The position numbers were made by a program, and so were the translations under genes. A stretch of DNA of 64,000 nucleotides from Phoronis australis (Eukaryota > Animalia > Phoronida), in NCBI GenBank assembly GCA_002633005.1, contig NMRA01000054.1, positions 376,952-440,951 of the forward strand. Reading direction: 5' to 3'. The notes under the pieces were generated by a model. The model ran no database searches and was not told where the DNA came from. It saw only the letters and a list, made by a program, of their open reading frames with translations. Shown piece after piece: positions 51,620 to 64,000 of the stretch; position 1 is the first letter of the stretch, and each line of letters starts with the position of its first letter.

Positions 51620-51900
51620 AAGCATACAGCCATTTCGTCCACATCTCACGGACTTGATTCACCACCAGGTATGCCCTCTGTGGTTTTAGAATAAAATGAT
51701 AAAAACAGAACCGGGGATTCCCTAATGTCGTGGGGAACCCCGTAACAGATCTAAATACAATGCAGGTAGATCAAGTCCAGGATCTCTGTTAAGACTAGGT
51801 CTGTGGACTTGAATCTCAATTGCTTCTTGTACCTGCGCTTCCACTTCTCTGGGTGTCAGACTTAATATACTGAAGTGCTCATCAGAGATCTGGTGATGGA
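51620..51900 (-). mobile_element. Penelope-like retroelement 3' fragment (GIY-YIG endonuclease C-terminus and pseudo-LTR remnant)
   Basis: HFSIL...EAIEIQVHRPSLNRDPGLDLPALYLDLL matches the EAI.I....P.LNRD.G..L...Y..LL end of Penelope ORFs. Confidence 0.75.
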
Positions 51901-54900
51901 GATCACCAGAGGTCTCCATCATTGGATCTCTGATTAGCACTTCAGTAGGTGTCGGAAAGCCAAGCGAAGTTTTAGCAAAGCTTCCATGCATTGAAGTTTC
52001 CCTAAATGGGAAAGCAGCATGTTAATTAAACAAACCTTAAAAAGGGTTTGTGGTCCAGGCTAAGAAGATAATTGTTTGTTACTCAGTGTGGATCCATGAA
52101 TAGATGAGCCCAGAATGATGGAGTGAGGTTGCATAAGAATACATGGTCAGAGGGCAACACAACTTTTCGCAGGAATCAGTCACCTGTGCCATGAGGCAAC
52201 TCCTACGCTAACATTTGGATTTTGTTACCCCCAACTCCTAAATGAGCCTAAGTGAGCCTAAGTGAGCCTAAGCCAGACTAGTGTGACTAACCCGTCCTAA
52301 TCGATACACAAATTAATGCTTAGGGCTTAGTCGCGATGTTGAAAAATACCTATTCGCTAATTGTTCTTACAGTGCATCGATTTTAAAAATTCAAAGATGG
52401 CTACTATATACTTTTCAATTTTAAAAACAGTTATATTGATTGTTTGCCTAACTTAATGTTCATTTTTTTACTTTAAAACGCATATGCTTAACAGGCGTGT
52501 TGGTTTACAACCGCACTTATCTTATCCAGTACGTTCAGCCAACCCCATGAATAGCGACTAGCTCACTTCAATCTGTGACAACGCCATCAAGCTTTTGATG
52601 TGCCAAGGAACTCGCGCAGAATACTCTAGGGTAAGCAGCACGCTTTCTCGTCCCCTCGCATGCAAATCCTGTTAGCGTAAGATTTGCCTAATGGTCAGTA
52701 GAAGGAGCTGGGCAGCTTCTCAACTTAGGCAGATTATATTTCAGGAAGTTTCTTGACATTTGGATTTATTCTTTACTCATTAGCATGTGTATGTAATATT
52801 TTTGTTAATTTGAATGTGCTCACTTACATGGGAATATCTTGTACAGTTAGATATTTAAAGCTGCCAAAAAACATTCAGTACCTCTGCATTTGCACTACCA
52901 GCATGTCTCCACATGAAGGCACATCAAAATTTAGGTATTATTTATTCCTACTGTTTTAGTAACCAAAATTCTCATTTGTTATCTAGTTATGCACAAGACT
53001 CAGTTTTCTATTTTTCATACCACATACAGTTGAGCGCTATCGTAGGACGTTATATACATGGAAATTGGGTTACAGAATTTTGTTTGTTACGTAGCTTTCC
53101 AAACAGTATTGCATTTATTTTCCTCAAAAATTTCATGTTGCTTTTTCTTTTTCTAAATTATTTTATTTTATGTCTCAATTGTCCCATTTCGACACCCAAT
53201 TATTCCAGCTCTCCAAGTGTTTCCAGGATTCTGATAACATTTTTCAGAACCATGGCAGAAATTTAAGAATCAAACTAAAGCTTTGACTTCACAAAAAATT
53301 TGTTGCACTTTTTGAAAAGATGTTAGGTCTACTTTTGTTGATTTTACAAGCTTCTTGTTCAGTTTTAAAACAAAACTGGAGCCAGTTAGTATCTCTTTGA
53401 ATTCTTTATCAACATTTTGCCATTTCAATTGCATTGGAAATTAATTAATGTCTGGACTTTTACACTATGAAATAATGGCTTAGGAGGTCTGGTATTTAAA
53501 TCTTTCTGTTGAATGAGATTGACAGTGAAACAGTTTTTCTGGAATGCCCTATCTGACAGAACAGAATGTTATAATTAAAATGTGAATGCCCAACATTGCT
53601 GGCAGTTCTGCAAATCTCGTTCATAGTAAGCCAAACTGTTGAACCATGTTCAATTCACACTACAATTTCATTGGACCACTGAACCATTTTCAATTCATAG
53701 GACAATTTTATTGGACCACTGAACATTAACTGTACTAACTAAGGGACAGTATGTAGTTCTTTGTAAAGGTGAGGAAAATGAAAAGTGTGTTATGGAAGAA
53801 AACACCCATCACCTACTGTGGTGTATAATAATCAGTAATCTACTTTCATAAGTCTCTAGAGTCCCCATGTATTATATTATGTCTTCTTTGAACTTGGGTC
53901 AAAAGCTTTTAATCGTGAACAAATGGTTCTCAACTTTGTTGATTTGGATGTCAGTGATTTAGATCTTTATCTTTTGTTTCCAAATTGTTTTCCAGCTAGG
54001 GTGTAGAACTACAGAAATCAGTTCTAAGTAAAAGGATATCTGACTTTTCCAATATTCTTACTTTTGCCATAGCTCCAAATACATTTGAATAATTGTAAAC
54101 AGCTCTCTTTTGCAATTCTTATACCTGTCTCTGATATATGGGCAGGGAAAGACAATTGTGTCTTATAACTCTTCATTGTTAATGCGAAATGCTTTATTTG
54201 AGCAAAGAATTATTTTTTATTGAATTCACCTAGAACTGCTCATGAACTCATAAAGACAGTAAATCAAAAGTGTTTTCTTTAGACTCATCAGTCACTTATC
54301 TTGTCCGATCTCAGCCGGTTTTACTTAAGAGGTGCACAGCCACTATGATATGAGAAAACCTCACAGAATCAATTTTCTCATTTTGTTATTGGAATGAAAA
54401 TACCATGTAATTTGTTTCCGCATTATCCCCACTTTCTGCATGGATTAGTTGCAGGGGACATCATGCTTGCTTGCTTGGTTACTGCCAGTAAGGTTTGAAT
54501 CAAAACATGTTGACGTATACTGTTCTTATTTTTATTAAAAAATAACAAAACGTGAAAACAACCCAACACTTGATTGCACTTGTACATTAAATAGTGCTTC
54601 AGTTTGAAATAAAACAATGTGAGCTTACCTCAGGTAGGCCTTGTCTCAAATCATCGTCAATGAAAATGAGGCAGATCATTCTTACATGACTTTGCTTCAC
54701 GGTGTTTATCCAGTCGCATTACATCCCAGATATACGACTGTGACACCACCTTCATTAGTAAAAATGAATCCAGGAAATAATCGTCAGATCTGAGTCCATG
54801 GAGGCTCTCTGTTCATTCCATTTAGGAGGACTGTCACTAATCAGGTTATCTTGGTAAAAATAACCTGCTAAGTACTGCCCATGTGTTGGTGTATATATTC

Positions 54901-55956
54901 ATATACACATTTGATATGCCTCAAGAGGAGGATATGAATTTGTGGGCAAATAACCACTCACAGCTCTGTTTGTTATGTGCTAGCCAACATATGCGCAGAG
55001 CCCAATGAGCGCTGTTTAAATGTTTCATGCAGTAAACCCATCAGCCAATCAGACAACAGGCTGAAGTCTTATCTGTGGTGCAGGATTGAATTTTAAGTGA
55101 TGTGCTAAATAGTGTTGCCTGTAATACCCTCAATCAGGATCAAGGCATTAAAAACAACAGGACATGACTGTTTTGTTGGGCAACTGTTTTGCTTGCATTT
55201 GTGGCAATTAGGGTTTCAGGCTCTGCAATTTGTCTGTGGCATTAGCCAGTTTTCTTTGATATGGGGAGAGAGGCCTCATGCCTCCTGATTCAATATAAAT
55301 ATTACTCTGAGTTTGTTTATTAACATTGAAGTGACCATAACACTGTTAGGTCCACTCAGCAGCTCAGTTGCTAATTTATTGCCATTGTAAAGCAGTGATG
55401 TTATTTGCCTTGTAATTCAGGAGTTATGACTTACTTAAACTGTGATAGTCTCTAAGTAAATAATTGGTGGTCTTTAAATGAAACATGTCACTGGTAAGTA
55501 TATAAACTAGCATGTTTTTGTGGATGAAAAGATTCTCACAGAAACAAGATTTAGTTTGCTTGTACGTTTTTGCAAAGTCAACACACTGTGGGTAATTTTA
55601 CTTTTCACTTATTTTGCGTGAACATAATTGCCAAAATTGTTTTGTATTTGTGAAATGCTGATTACCTTGGTGCTCAAAATAGAAAATTATCCAAATAATG
55701 TTATTTTTTGACATGTTTATGTTAACTGTTATTTTCTTAATCTTTATTTTAGTTGAGAATTTTGATGAAATAAAATTTCTCTTGTCTGCCATCCAACTCC
55801 GAAAAAGTAATGGTTTTCAAAGCACTGAATGTTGAAGTCATATAACCATAATGGTCTAATGCGCTGATATTTTTATAGCATTTAGAATAATTAGGGTTTT
55901 AGCTGCATCTTTGTTGTTGCTTTTATTTATGTGTGCTGACAGAGAAATAAGAAAAT

Positions 55957-56362
55957 TGTTGATTTACTGTCACCCCAAAACAATGTGTTGATTTAGTGTC
56001 ACCCCAAAACAATGTGTTGATTTACTGTCACCCAAAACAATGAGTTGATTTACTGTCACCTCAAAACAGTGTGTTGATTTACTGTCACCCCAAAACAATG
56101 TGTTGATTTACCATCACCCCAAAACAGTGTGTTGATTTACCGTCACCCCAAAACAGTGTGTTGATTTACCGTCACCCCAAAACCATGTGTTGATTTACTG
56201 TCACCCCAAAACTGTGTTGATTTACCGTCACCCCAAAACAGTGTGTTTATTTACCGTCACCCCAAAACAGTGTGTTCATTTACCGTCACCCCAAAACAGT
56301 GCGTTGATTTTCTGTCACCCAAAACAGTGTGTTGATTTACTGTCACCCCAAAACAATGTGTT
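55957..56362. repeat. Minisatellite, about 29-bp unit, about 14 copies
   Basis: TGTGTTGATTTACYGTCACCCCAAAACAR in head-to-tail copies with no spacers. Confidence 0.95.
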
Positions 56363-58473
56363 ATTCTTAAGCTGATCAAACAACCAGGACTCTGTTTAAA
56401 ATTTTCTCGAGATATTTATGAAGATTTTCAGCTCCTACAATTCTGTTGTTTCAGAGGTTTACAAGGTCAGGATTTGACTCTTAAAATAGCAAGAAACTTA
56501 TGGTTCTCTTAAAAATAAATTTGTTGAAGCACAGAATGAGAAACTGACTATAATCTTTAGGCCCTTTCCCATTCAGTTAACTTTGCTACTACCAAAGTTT
56601 CGATGTTATCTGTAGTTAATTGAGAAGTTAGGCGTAAGTTTTCCCATCAGCTTCGGAGTTATAGTTCAGCAAAGTTATGGCAAGGCAGCACCAACATGAC
56701 CTTGGGTCACATGGTCTTGCTGTTTTTGACAGTGCTTGCCATCACAAATGGCAAGGACCTCTCCCTCTCCTCAGATGGAAAGTAAAACATCAACTTGACA
56801 AGGCAGCCAACAATTGCCATGTTGGGATGATGATGAAGTTATAGAAATTGACAAATTAAAAAATCTGACCCTTGACCAAGCGAACACTAAAGATTAAGTG
56901 ATTTTTTAATGTAAAGAGTCCTGCAAATATGTGGATTAATTGAAACAGAATGCTTATACCCCCAAAATAAAAATTATTAGAACAAAATATTAATATGTAG
57001 TAACCAGTCACTGTCCGCTGTTGGCAAAGGCAGGCAGTGACCCCTGCCGATAATTTTTGTGGCATCGTAGTTATAAATGTTCCCATTGTAGTGTCAACGC
57101 TTTACTGTTAAATCCATCTCTTTCCTGCGGAGTTAACTTGTGCTGTTAACTTCGATTTAAGACTGAAGTCAAGCGTGCCCAACCAAGGCTTCGACAACAC
57201 TGAAGCATCAGAGCCAGTAGCAAAGATCTTTTAGTTTGTGTCAATTTCAGTTTGTGATAAATGTTTTGTTTTGGGTTTTACTGTTAGTTATTAATGTAGT
57301 CTGCTTAATAATTCAAATAACACTCTCTTGGGATGGATAGCAGCTGTTCTATAACCAATGGCTTTTTAATTGAGTTCATCAAGACTTTCAGGATGGGGTC
57401 CTCTTGCATGGATTTTGGTCAGCCAGGCATCATCAATTGACATTTATTGTTGGGTTTGACTTGCATGAAGGGACAATACCAATAGGACGGGTTGAAATGT
57501 CGGAGAACAAATTATGGTATATGTTGAGAACCGTGCTTGGTTGTGACATACAAATGCAGCCTGGCTTGTGTTGAGTGCCACTGACGAGGGTAATACACCG
57601 TCACAAAGATCAGTGTTTAATTCTTCCCAAAAGTTAGAGGAAGCTGGTGAACAGCATTTTGCAACAGTTATAATCTTGTAAATCAAAGAATCTTTGAAAT
57701 ACTTCTGTGATCGTTGCAGAATTACCATATTTATGAATGTTCAAACCATTATGTGACCCATTTTTTGCTAAATGCTTTTTTGATTCTGCAGTTGTTTTTG
57801 TTGCTTGTATTAATTAAGGGTTGATGGAATAACTAGTGTTTTCTCAGAAGCAACACTTCAATGGTAAAACAAGTAGCATCCTGTTATATGTTTACGTATT
57901 GATGGCATTGTTTTGCTTTGCTAAAAGAGTTGGCCTTTTTATCACTTTCTGTGATTCTGCAAAGTACTGTTGGGTTTCTTTTGCAAAATTATTTTAATTC
58001 TTGTAACAAACACTTTTTGTTTCATCCAGTGATTAATTTTATGATCTGTTACTTGAAAAGCTCACATTCTACAAAAATTAAGTTGCGTTGGTAAATGTTT
58101 TCCACAACCAAGTCTTTGTTAGTCTGCCTGGGTAAAGTGAAAGCTTATTATGTCGTTTTACATCACTGATAATTCAGTTTAGCCGCTTTTACAGGAGAGA
58201 GTTGTCACCGTGTCAGTTGTCACGGCGCGACTTGCTCTAGTGTAGTCGCATTTACTCAGCATTAGATCGCAAAGTGGATCAGCATGCGCATGCTGGCATG
58301 AAAAATAGCAAACGTCCAAACCATGTGGAGTGCCAGTGGATCACGCTACTGTACAAGTGCATTAAAAGATGATCCCTTTCTGCCCTGCGCTAGTTGTATT
58401 AAGACGTGTAGCTGAAACTGGAGCAACTGATCGAGTGCGACTCTCTCTATCTCTCAAACCGGTGTCGAAAATG

Positions 58474-58474
<1 letters not shown>

Positions 58475-58555
<81 letters not shown>
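58475..58555. repeat. (CA)n microsatellite, about 40 units
   Basis: Perfect CA run. Confidence 0.99.
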
Positions 58556-58557
<2 letters not shown>

Positions 58558-61222
58558 TTCTAAGTCAGCTGTCTTTCGTGTTAAGGCAACTATGGAGGGG
58601 TCAAACAATGCAGCACCTGGACTGTTTACTATGTTTAGCTGAATGGCTGTCATAATAGATGCCGCTTGCATTTTGCAAGTTTATTAATTAGCTAATTTTT
58701 TAGGTTTTAATATTTAGTCTAATGAAGTTATGTACAAGGACAAAACTAAAGTAGACCGGAAACAGGTCGAAGCATTCGTTCAAGATATTAAAAAATTTGG
58801 GAGTCTGAATGCATTGCCCTCTCCCTGTCTGACTGTGAATTGCACAACCATTGGTGGTACGTTACAATTTAATGTTTAAAGGATTTTTATTATCAGGTAA
58901 TCGCATTGAAAATACAGCTATTTGTAGATGATGCTTTCTGGAAGTTTTACTTCAGAAGTTGAGCCTAGTACATGTTAATGGCGTTAATTCTTGTTTCATT
59001 TGTATTTAAGGTATATATGTATAAATATGTGTACTCATCTGTAATAATAAATGTATACATGTAAGAGTTTTATGACCCAGGTATTATGCTTTCTGTTGCT
59101 TTCTGGGCCTAAATCCAATTACTGTGCCATGTATTTTTCATTATTAACATTAAAAAGCACTGATAAGAGAAACTTCATCATGACAAACTGTTTTAATATC
59201 TTAAAATTTAAACGACTGAAATTGTTTGTGTTTTAGAACCATTTTACTTATGTGGCGCTTTAACATCAAAACACTGAAAATCAAGAAGACATACCATATC
59301 TCCCCTTTTACCCATGATTGACTGAGCTAATTGCGCGTCACAAAAACATGCCGGATGAATAAGACTGACTCAAGTAAGAATATTTTGAAGGAATATGCCC
59401 AGTACATTGCATACCAGTCCCCTGAACTGTTAAAACCAAGACATTTCCAACATCGCCATCTGATCCAGAGTCACTTGGATAAACTTGACAAACAAGCCTA
59501 TTGTGTTGGTACACCATGCTGTGGTAGTGAAGGGGTTAGACCTTTCAGTCACACAAAGGAATCAGCAGTTGAAAGTTGGTTTTTCTCTGTTAGAAGTTTT
59601 TTGGTGCAAAATACATGATATTTGTTGAACATCGTTCGGAAATAGTATTTTTTAAATAACAGGTAGCGTCAGGCTCACTGTTTATAACATAATTGCTGAA
59701 TTACGTGGGCATGTATCAGATGAATGCAGACAATGAGAAAACTGGACTATTAGTTTGCAAACTTTCTCCCCTTGCTATCACTGTCACACTGATAACGACA
59801 AGTCCCGAGTAACCTGATCGGCGAAATCGTGTACTTTAATCAGAGTTAGCTACTAAAAGTCATAATACTGTCTGCATATTTTTAAATAGTAATCTTCAAC
59901 ATTTCTTTACCTCAAAGTGACATCAAGGAGAGTGCAATTACCCGTTTAATGTATTATGGGTAAAGATATATAGATAATATAATGCAGATTAAAGTAACGT
60001 TTGCTGTTGTATGATGGGATTGTCACCAGGAACAATTGTTATTAGGTTAGTCACCACGCCCTGGCTGTGTTAACTGTCATGGTGATTATTGATTTCCCAA
60101 ACTCGCATGAAATCACCACCTAAAGTCTATTCTACTGATTAATTTCATCTTTATAATCTCGACAAGTTAACACCACTGGATCATGGTTGATCCGTAGCAG
60201 AAATCAATGACTGGACACGCGTCATTGTTAGTTTTTTAATTTACACAAACGTAATGTGTTGGCTCGAAGCTAATTTCAATGCTGAGTGTGAAATAAATTA
60301 TCGGCTATTGGGATGGCGTCTGCTCAGCGGTACCGTTTAATTAAAAGACAAATTTGACAACAATATTAACAAGAGATTTGGAGCCAAAATTTTTGCAAAT
60401 TATCATGGCAGCCAAATCAAAACTTCATTTCACCCTCTAAAGCTAACTAAAAATCAAGAATTGAATAAGATATTTTACTCTCAGGTAATCGGTATCTATT
60501 CCTTATTGTAATAAGATTACACATGAGTAGTTATGCACCAACAGATGTAGTAAGAGGTGACCAAGTGCATGATTACATTACGGTTAAATCTGCATGAATT
60601 TGTATTGGTCATGTCATGACAAGTGACATGGACCCTTAAGAGCCTCCCAAATCCACCCCCAAGTCTTGTCATTGATGTTATTGATAAGTTAGGACCACTT
60701 TTAGCTTGCATGTGTTTGTAGTCACTATGTAAATTACCAAACGAAATACATACTGAAATGCATACTTTAATCAAAAAAATTACATTTTGGCAATGCATCA
60801 TTTCAACTTGTCTGGCCTTCAAAATTTGAGTCAGTTTCAAGTTCAGTTATCAGCTAGAGTTAATGTTTTGATTACTGATTGGTAAATTTGTGGAACTTTT
60901 TGTTTTCACTTAGTAATTGTATCTCTCAGGATAACCTTATCCCCTGACAATGTCTGTATAGTCTTCATGGTAGTTCTTTTTCTGCCAAAAAGTAAAAATA
61001 AAACAGACCCTGTGGTTTGTTTATATCTATCACTACTATGTATGAACAAAACCGACTGCTGTCTTTCTTCAGAGCTGTATGCAGAGCTGGGTTTAGGCAT
61101 GCAGGACATTTATAAATGATCTTAAAAATGAGAAACTGAAAAATCTATGGGTTAGACATTGTATTCAATGCAGCAAGTCAGGTCTTCAATAGGTGCGCTG
61201 AAATTAATAACTACTGGGTACA

Positions 61223-61350
61223 TATAGGTTAATTTATTGAATGGTTCTGCTGTTATTAGAAAAAATATCACTCTCTGGTTTCATCCTCAGGTGATATTTT
61301 TTCTAAAAACCATCTAGTTCTTAATACCCGGAACCAGTCAATAACCTATT
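61223..61350. repeat. Short palindromic element
   Basis: TTAGAAAAAATATCAC (61256-61271) / GTGATATTTTTTCTAA (61291-61306) perfect stem, plus outer arms TAGGTT...ATTGAATGGTTC / GAACCAGTCAAT...AACCTA. Confidence 0.7.
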
Positions 61351-61738
61351 AATCCCTAATTTTTCTGTGATATAAATAACACTTGCCATCTGGTAGAAAC
61401 CTTCAGTTCCTTCATGTTGATGCTTTTGGAACTACTTGTATGATGTCATAGGTAATCAGGTCAACACTAAGGACAACAAAAATATAGGAATATTTGTTGT
61501 GTGCTCTGTCCAAATGGTTAATAAATTCAGTGAAGTTAAGTTTACCAAGATTTGATGTTTTAAGGGAGGAGCCAGGCAAAAGATTGAAGTTTTGCCTATA
61601 TTGAAAAATAAATGTTTGAATGTTCCCTTTTTACGTCGAGTAATATTACACTCAAGTAATATGTCTCAGATGTTGAGTATCCTTGCGCATAACTTGTTTA
61701 TATACATGTTTTCATCTCTGGTTGTAGTGCACATGTCA

Positions 61739-61789
61739 TGGCTTAGCGGTAACGTGTGCGCTTGCAAATTCAGAGACCCAAGCTCAAAT
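61739..61789 (+). mobile_element. tRNA-derived SINE-like head, split by a DNA transposon insertion
   Basis: A-box-like TGGCTTAGCGG; about 30 nt later a B-box-like GCTCAAAT|AC interrupted at the insertion site. Confidence 0.45.
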
Positions 61790-62381
61790 CAGGGCTTGGA
61801 ATTTTCCGCGGAAACGCGGATTTCCGCTTTTTTGAAATGTGCTTTCTGCTTTTTTTATAATATTTCCGCGTAAAAAAAATCGGATTTGATATGAAATTTC
61901 CGCGGCAAATTCCTTTCTTACCGCGGCGTTGCAGACGACGTTCACCTCGGAAAGCGGAAGTCTTTATGTTTCGGAGGAACGTAAATTGTCAACATTGCCG
62001 GGGCANNNNNNNNNNNNNNNNNNNNNNNNNNNNNNNNNNNNNNNNNNNNNNNNNNNNNNNNNNNNNNNNNNNNNNNNNNNNNNNNNNNNNNNNNNNNNNN
62101 NNNNNNNNNNNNNNNNNNNNNNNNNNNNNNNNNNNNNNNNNNNNNNNNNNNNNNNNNNNNNNNNNNNNNNNNNNNNNNNNNNNNNNNNNNNNNNNNNNNN
62201 NNNNNNNNNNNNNNNNNNNNNNNNNNNNNNNNNNNNNNNNNNNNNNNNNNNNNNNNTTTTTTAGTCCTTCCGATTTTTGTCGCGGAAAGGTTCACATTGA
62301 CCATTTCAAAGGCTGGTTATCGGGCATGATTTGGGCCGTAAAAGTTTCCGCGTTTTTTGTCATTGGTCATTCCAAGCCCTG
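61790..62381. mobile_element. hAT-like non-autonomous DNA transposon spanning an assembly gap
   Basis: Perfect 13-bp TIR CAGGGCTTGGAAT / ATTCCAAGCCCTG; 6-bp flanking duplication TCAAAT; repeated TTCCGCGG subterminal motifs; Ns at 62006-62256. Confidence 0.85.
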
Positions 62382-64000
62382 TCAAATACCTTGCAAGCCA
62401 ACTTTTGAATTTCCTGCCAAATCGATATGTCACTCTGTGACTGAAATGGTTATTAAATGGTCATATGTCTAGAAAAATCATAAGTGAGGGATAAATAACA
62501 TTATTCTCTGTAGTTATCCAGGAAAGCTCATCATTGTATCAGCTCTATTGGGCAGATGCTTAACAAATGAAGAATGATTATTTGTTTGTCCTTGTGAAGT
62601 CATGGCATTTACAATGGCACTTCTGGTGAGAGGCCTTTGTTGTCACAGCTGTGAAAAATGGTCTCAGTTCACCAGGGCAGATCGGACAAAATTATGTTAA
62701 AATCTCACCCATTTCGGACAAAACTGATTGCCAAAATTGATTTTTTAATTTTTCAAAGACATCTGTGAATTTACATATTTTTTTTTTAAATATTGTCCAT
62801 TAGTAGCTATGGTTACAGAGTTTGAACATGGGAACATGTTGTATATTTGTTATGATAAAAGTAAGAATATAAGATTTCACTTGTCTTACAGTAGTGGTTA
62901 TCCGAGTAATTAAGCCCTTGGGGAGTTTTGGGTATAATATTGTGTTACCTCCGTTTTATTTGGCACTGAAATAACTCCTGTGAATGATTGTGACTATAAA
63001 AGGTTCAAAAAAAGCTTACTTTTCTATATTTGAATGTACCCTTAGATTTAAATTGTTAAATGCAATTTTACATTTTATAAAATATTGTGCATAGAGCCAT
63101 CACGATTAACACCTGGTCTGATGATGTGTCCAGTGCTGCAATATGTTCACTGCGGAGTCCTTAGTGTCAGGCTTGAAGTAACGTTTTAAAATGGCAATAT
63201 AACTGGTTAATTGAACTACATGTTTTTACTAAGTGATCCATGATAGTTTATACCTAGCTATTGCAGCTTTGGTTGTTTCATTTAATTCATGTCATTATTG
63301 GAATTGATTGTCAGACTGAGTTAGGACCTGTGAAATATCATTTAATCGGACTCTTTACTTTGTTTCATTAACAAATCAAACCAACTTTATGTTAGGGCAA
63401 CAGGTATACCTGCATTGTGTCAATAAATTATTTAGCTATTACATAATGAAAAACACCAACATAAACAATTACTATATGGTTGCATAAGCAGATGCAGTTC
63501 TGGAAAAATTTGGTTGGTGAGTTGGTTTTATATTGACAAGGTTCACTGTTCTGTAGAGAAAGTTGGCATCAGCTGACTAGGAAATAATTGATTAACATCA
63601 ATAAGTTTTGAGAACGAAATATTAATCATTTTTGTTTGTCAGTCTGCCAAGAATTAACATTTGTTTTGTTCTTTATATTGTAAACAGCCTCTAGGATACA
63701 GAACAATCAATATGGGCATCACTGTTGATAGGCAATTGTCAGTCACTGGATGGTATGAGGAAGTTCTGCCTGATGTAGCAGCAATACACCTTGTTGGCAC
63801 ATGGTGACTGAGTAGTTACGTGGAAGTTTGATGCAAAAAGATTTCACGCTTTTTATAATTTTTTGCAACCATGATGTCATCAAATCGCCATTGTTGGGAT
63901 GATTGAAGTGATTCACATAAAAATGTTCAATGACTCAAAGTGTTGGTGAATGAAAGAAATTATGTTTTATCCATGTCCACCTACTAGTGGCCATCTTGGA

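Larger units (their letters stand above)
24231..64000 (+). other. Probable giant dynein intron (more than 39.7 kb) with a nested gene and TE relics
   Basis: Donor at 24231; no continuing dynein exon recognised up to the window end; assembly gaps at 27701-27714, 35875 and 62006-62256 weaken certainty. Confidence 0.65.

Noticed and set aside
55957-56362. 29-bp repeat array superficially like a CRISPR array
   Set aside because: Units are contiguous with no unique spacers, there are no cas genes, and the context is a eukaryotic intron; it is a minisatellite.
56560-57200. Possible PIF/Harbinger-derived relic with repeated GTTAACTT motifs
   Set aside because: No clear TIR pair or convincing transposase peptide could be read by eye.
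58362-58563. ORFs with (CV)n / (HT)n peptides
   Set aside because: They are translations of the CA microsatellite.
61891-62472. Long ORFs in the ORF track
   Set aside because: Artefacts of translating through the N gap.

Overview
AT-rich eukaryotic genomic DNA with GT-AG introns, probably from an invertebrate animal (lophotrochozoan-like; inference). Bases 309-24230 carry 26 consecutive + strand exons (4467 nt, 1489 codons, one open frame when joined) of an axonemal inner-arm dynein heavy chain, best matching DNAH1. They run from the end of AAA2 through AAA3, AAA4, the stalk/MTBD and AAA5; neither the start nor the end of the gene is in the window. After 24230 I find no further dynein exon in 39.8 kb, so this is probably a giant intron, although three assembly gaps lie inside it. 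That region holds an antisense class A GPCR with an intronless ORF (FMRFamide/sex-peptide-receptor-like, 38609-39904), a Kolobok-type deletion derivative, hAT and Penelope relics, MITEs and minisatellites; a LINE relic lies in an earlier dynein intron. The most unusual structure is the dynein intron 6761-8503. It contains several decayed tandem copies of the 5' end of the next exon and two frame-preserving candidate micro-exons (36 and 27 nt) at a variable loop after the AAA3 core. All calls come from reading the sequence by eye; no searches or alignments were run.
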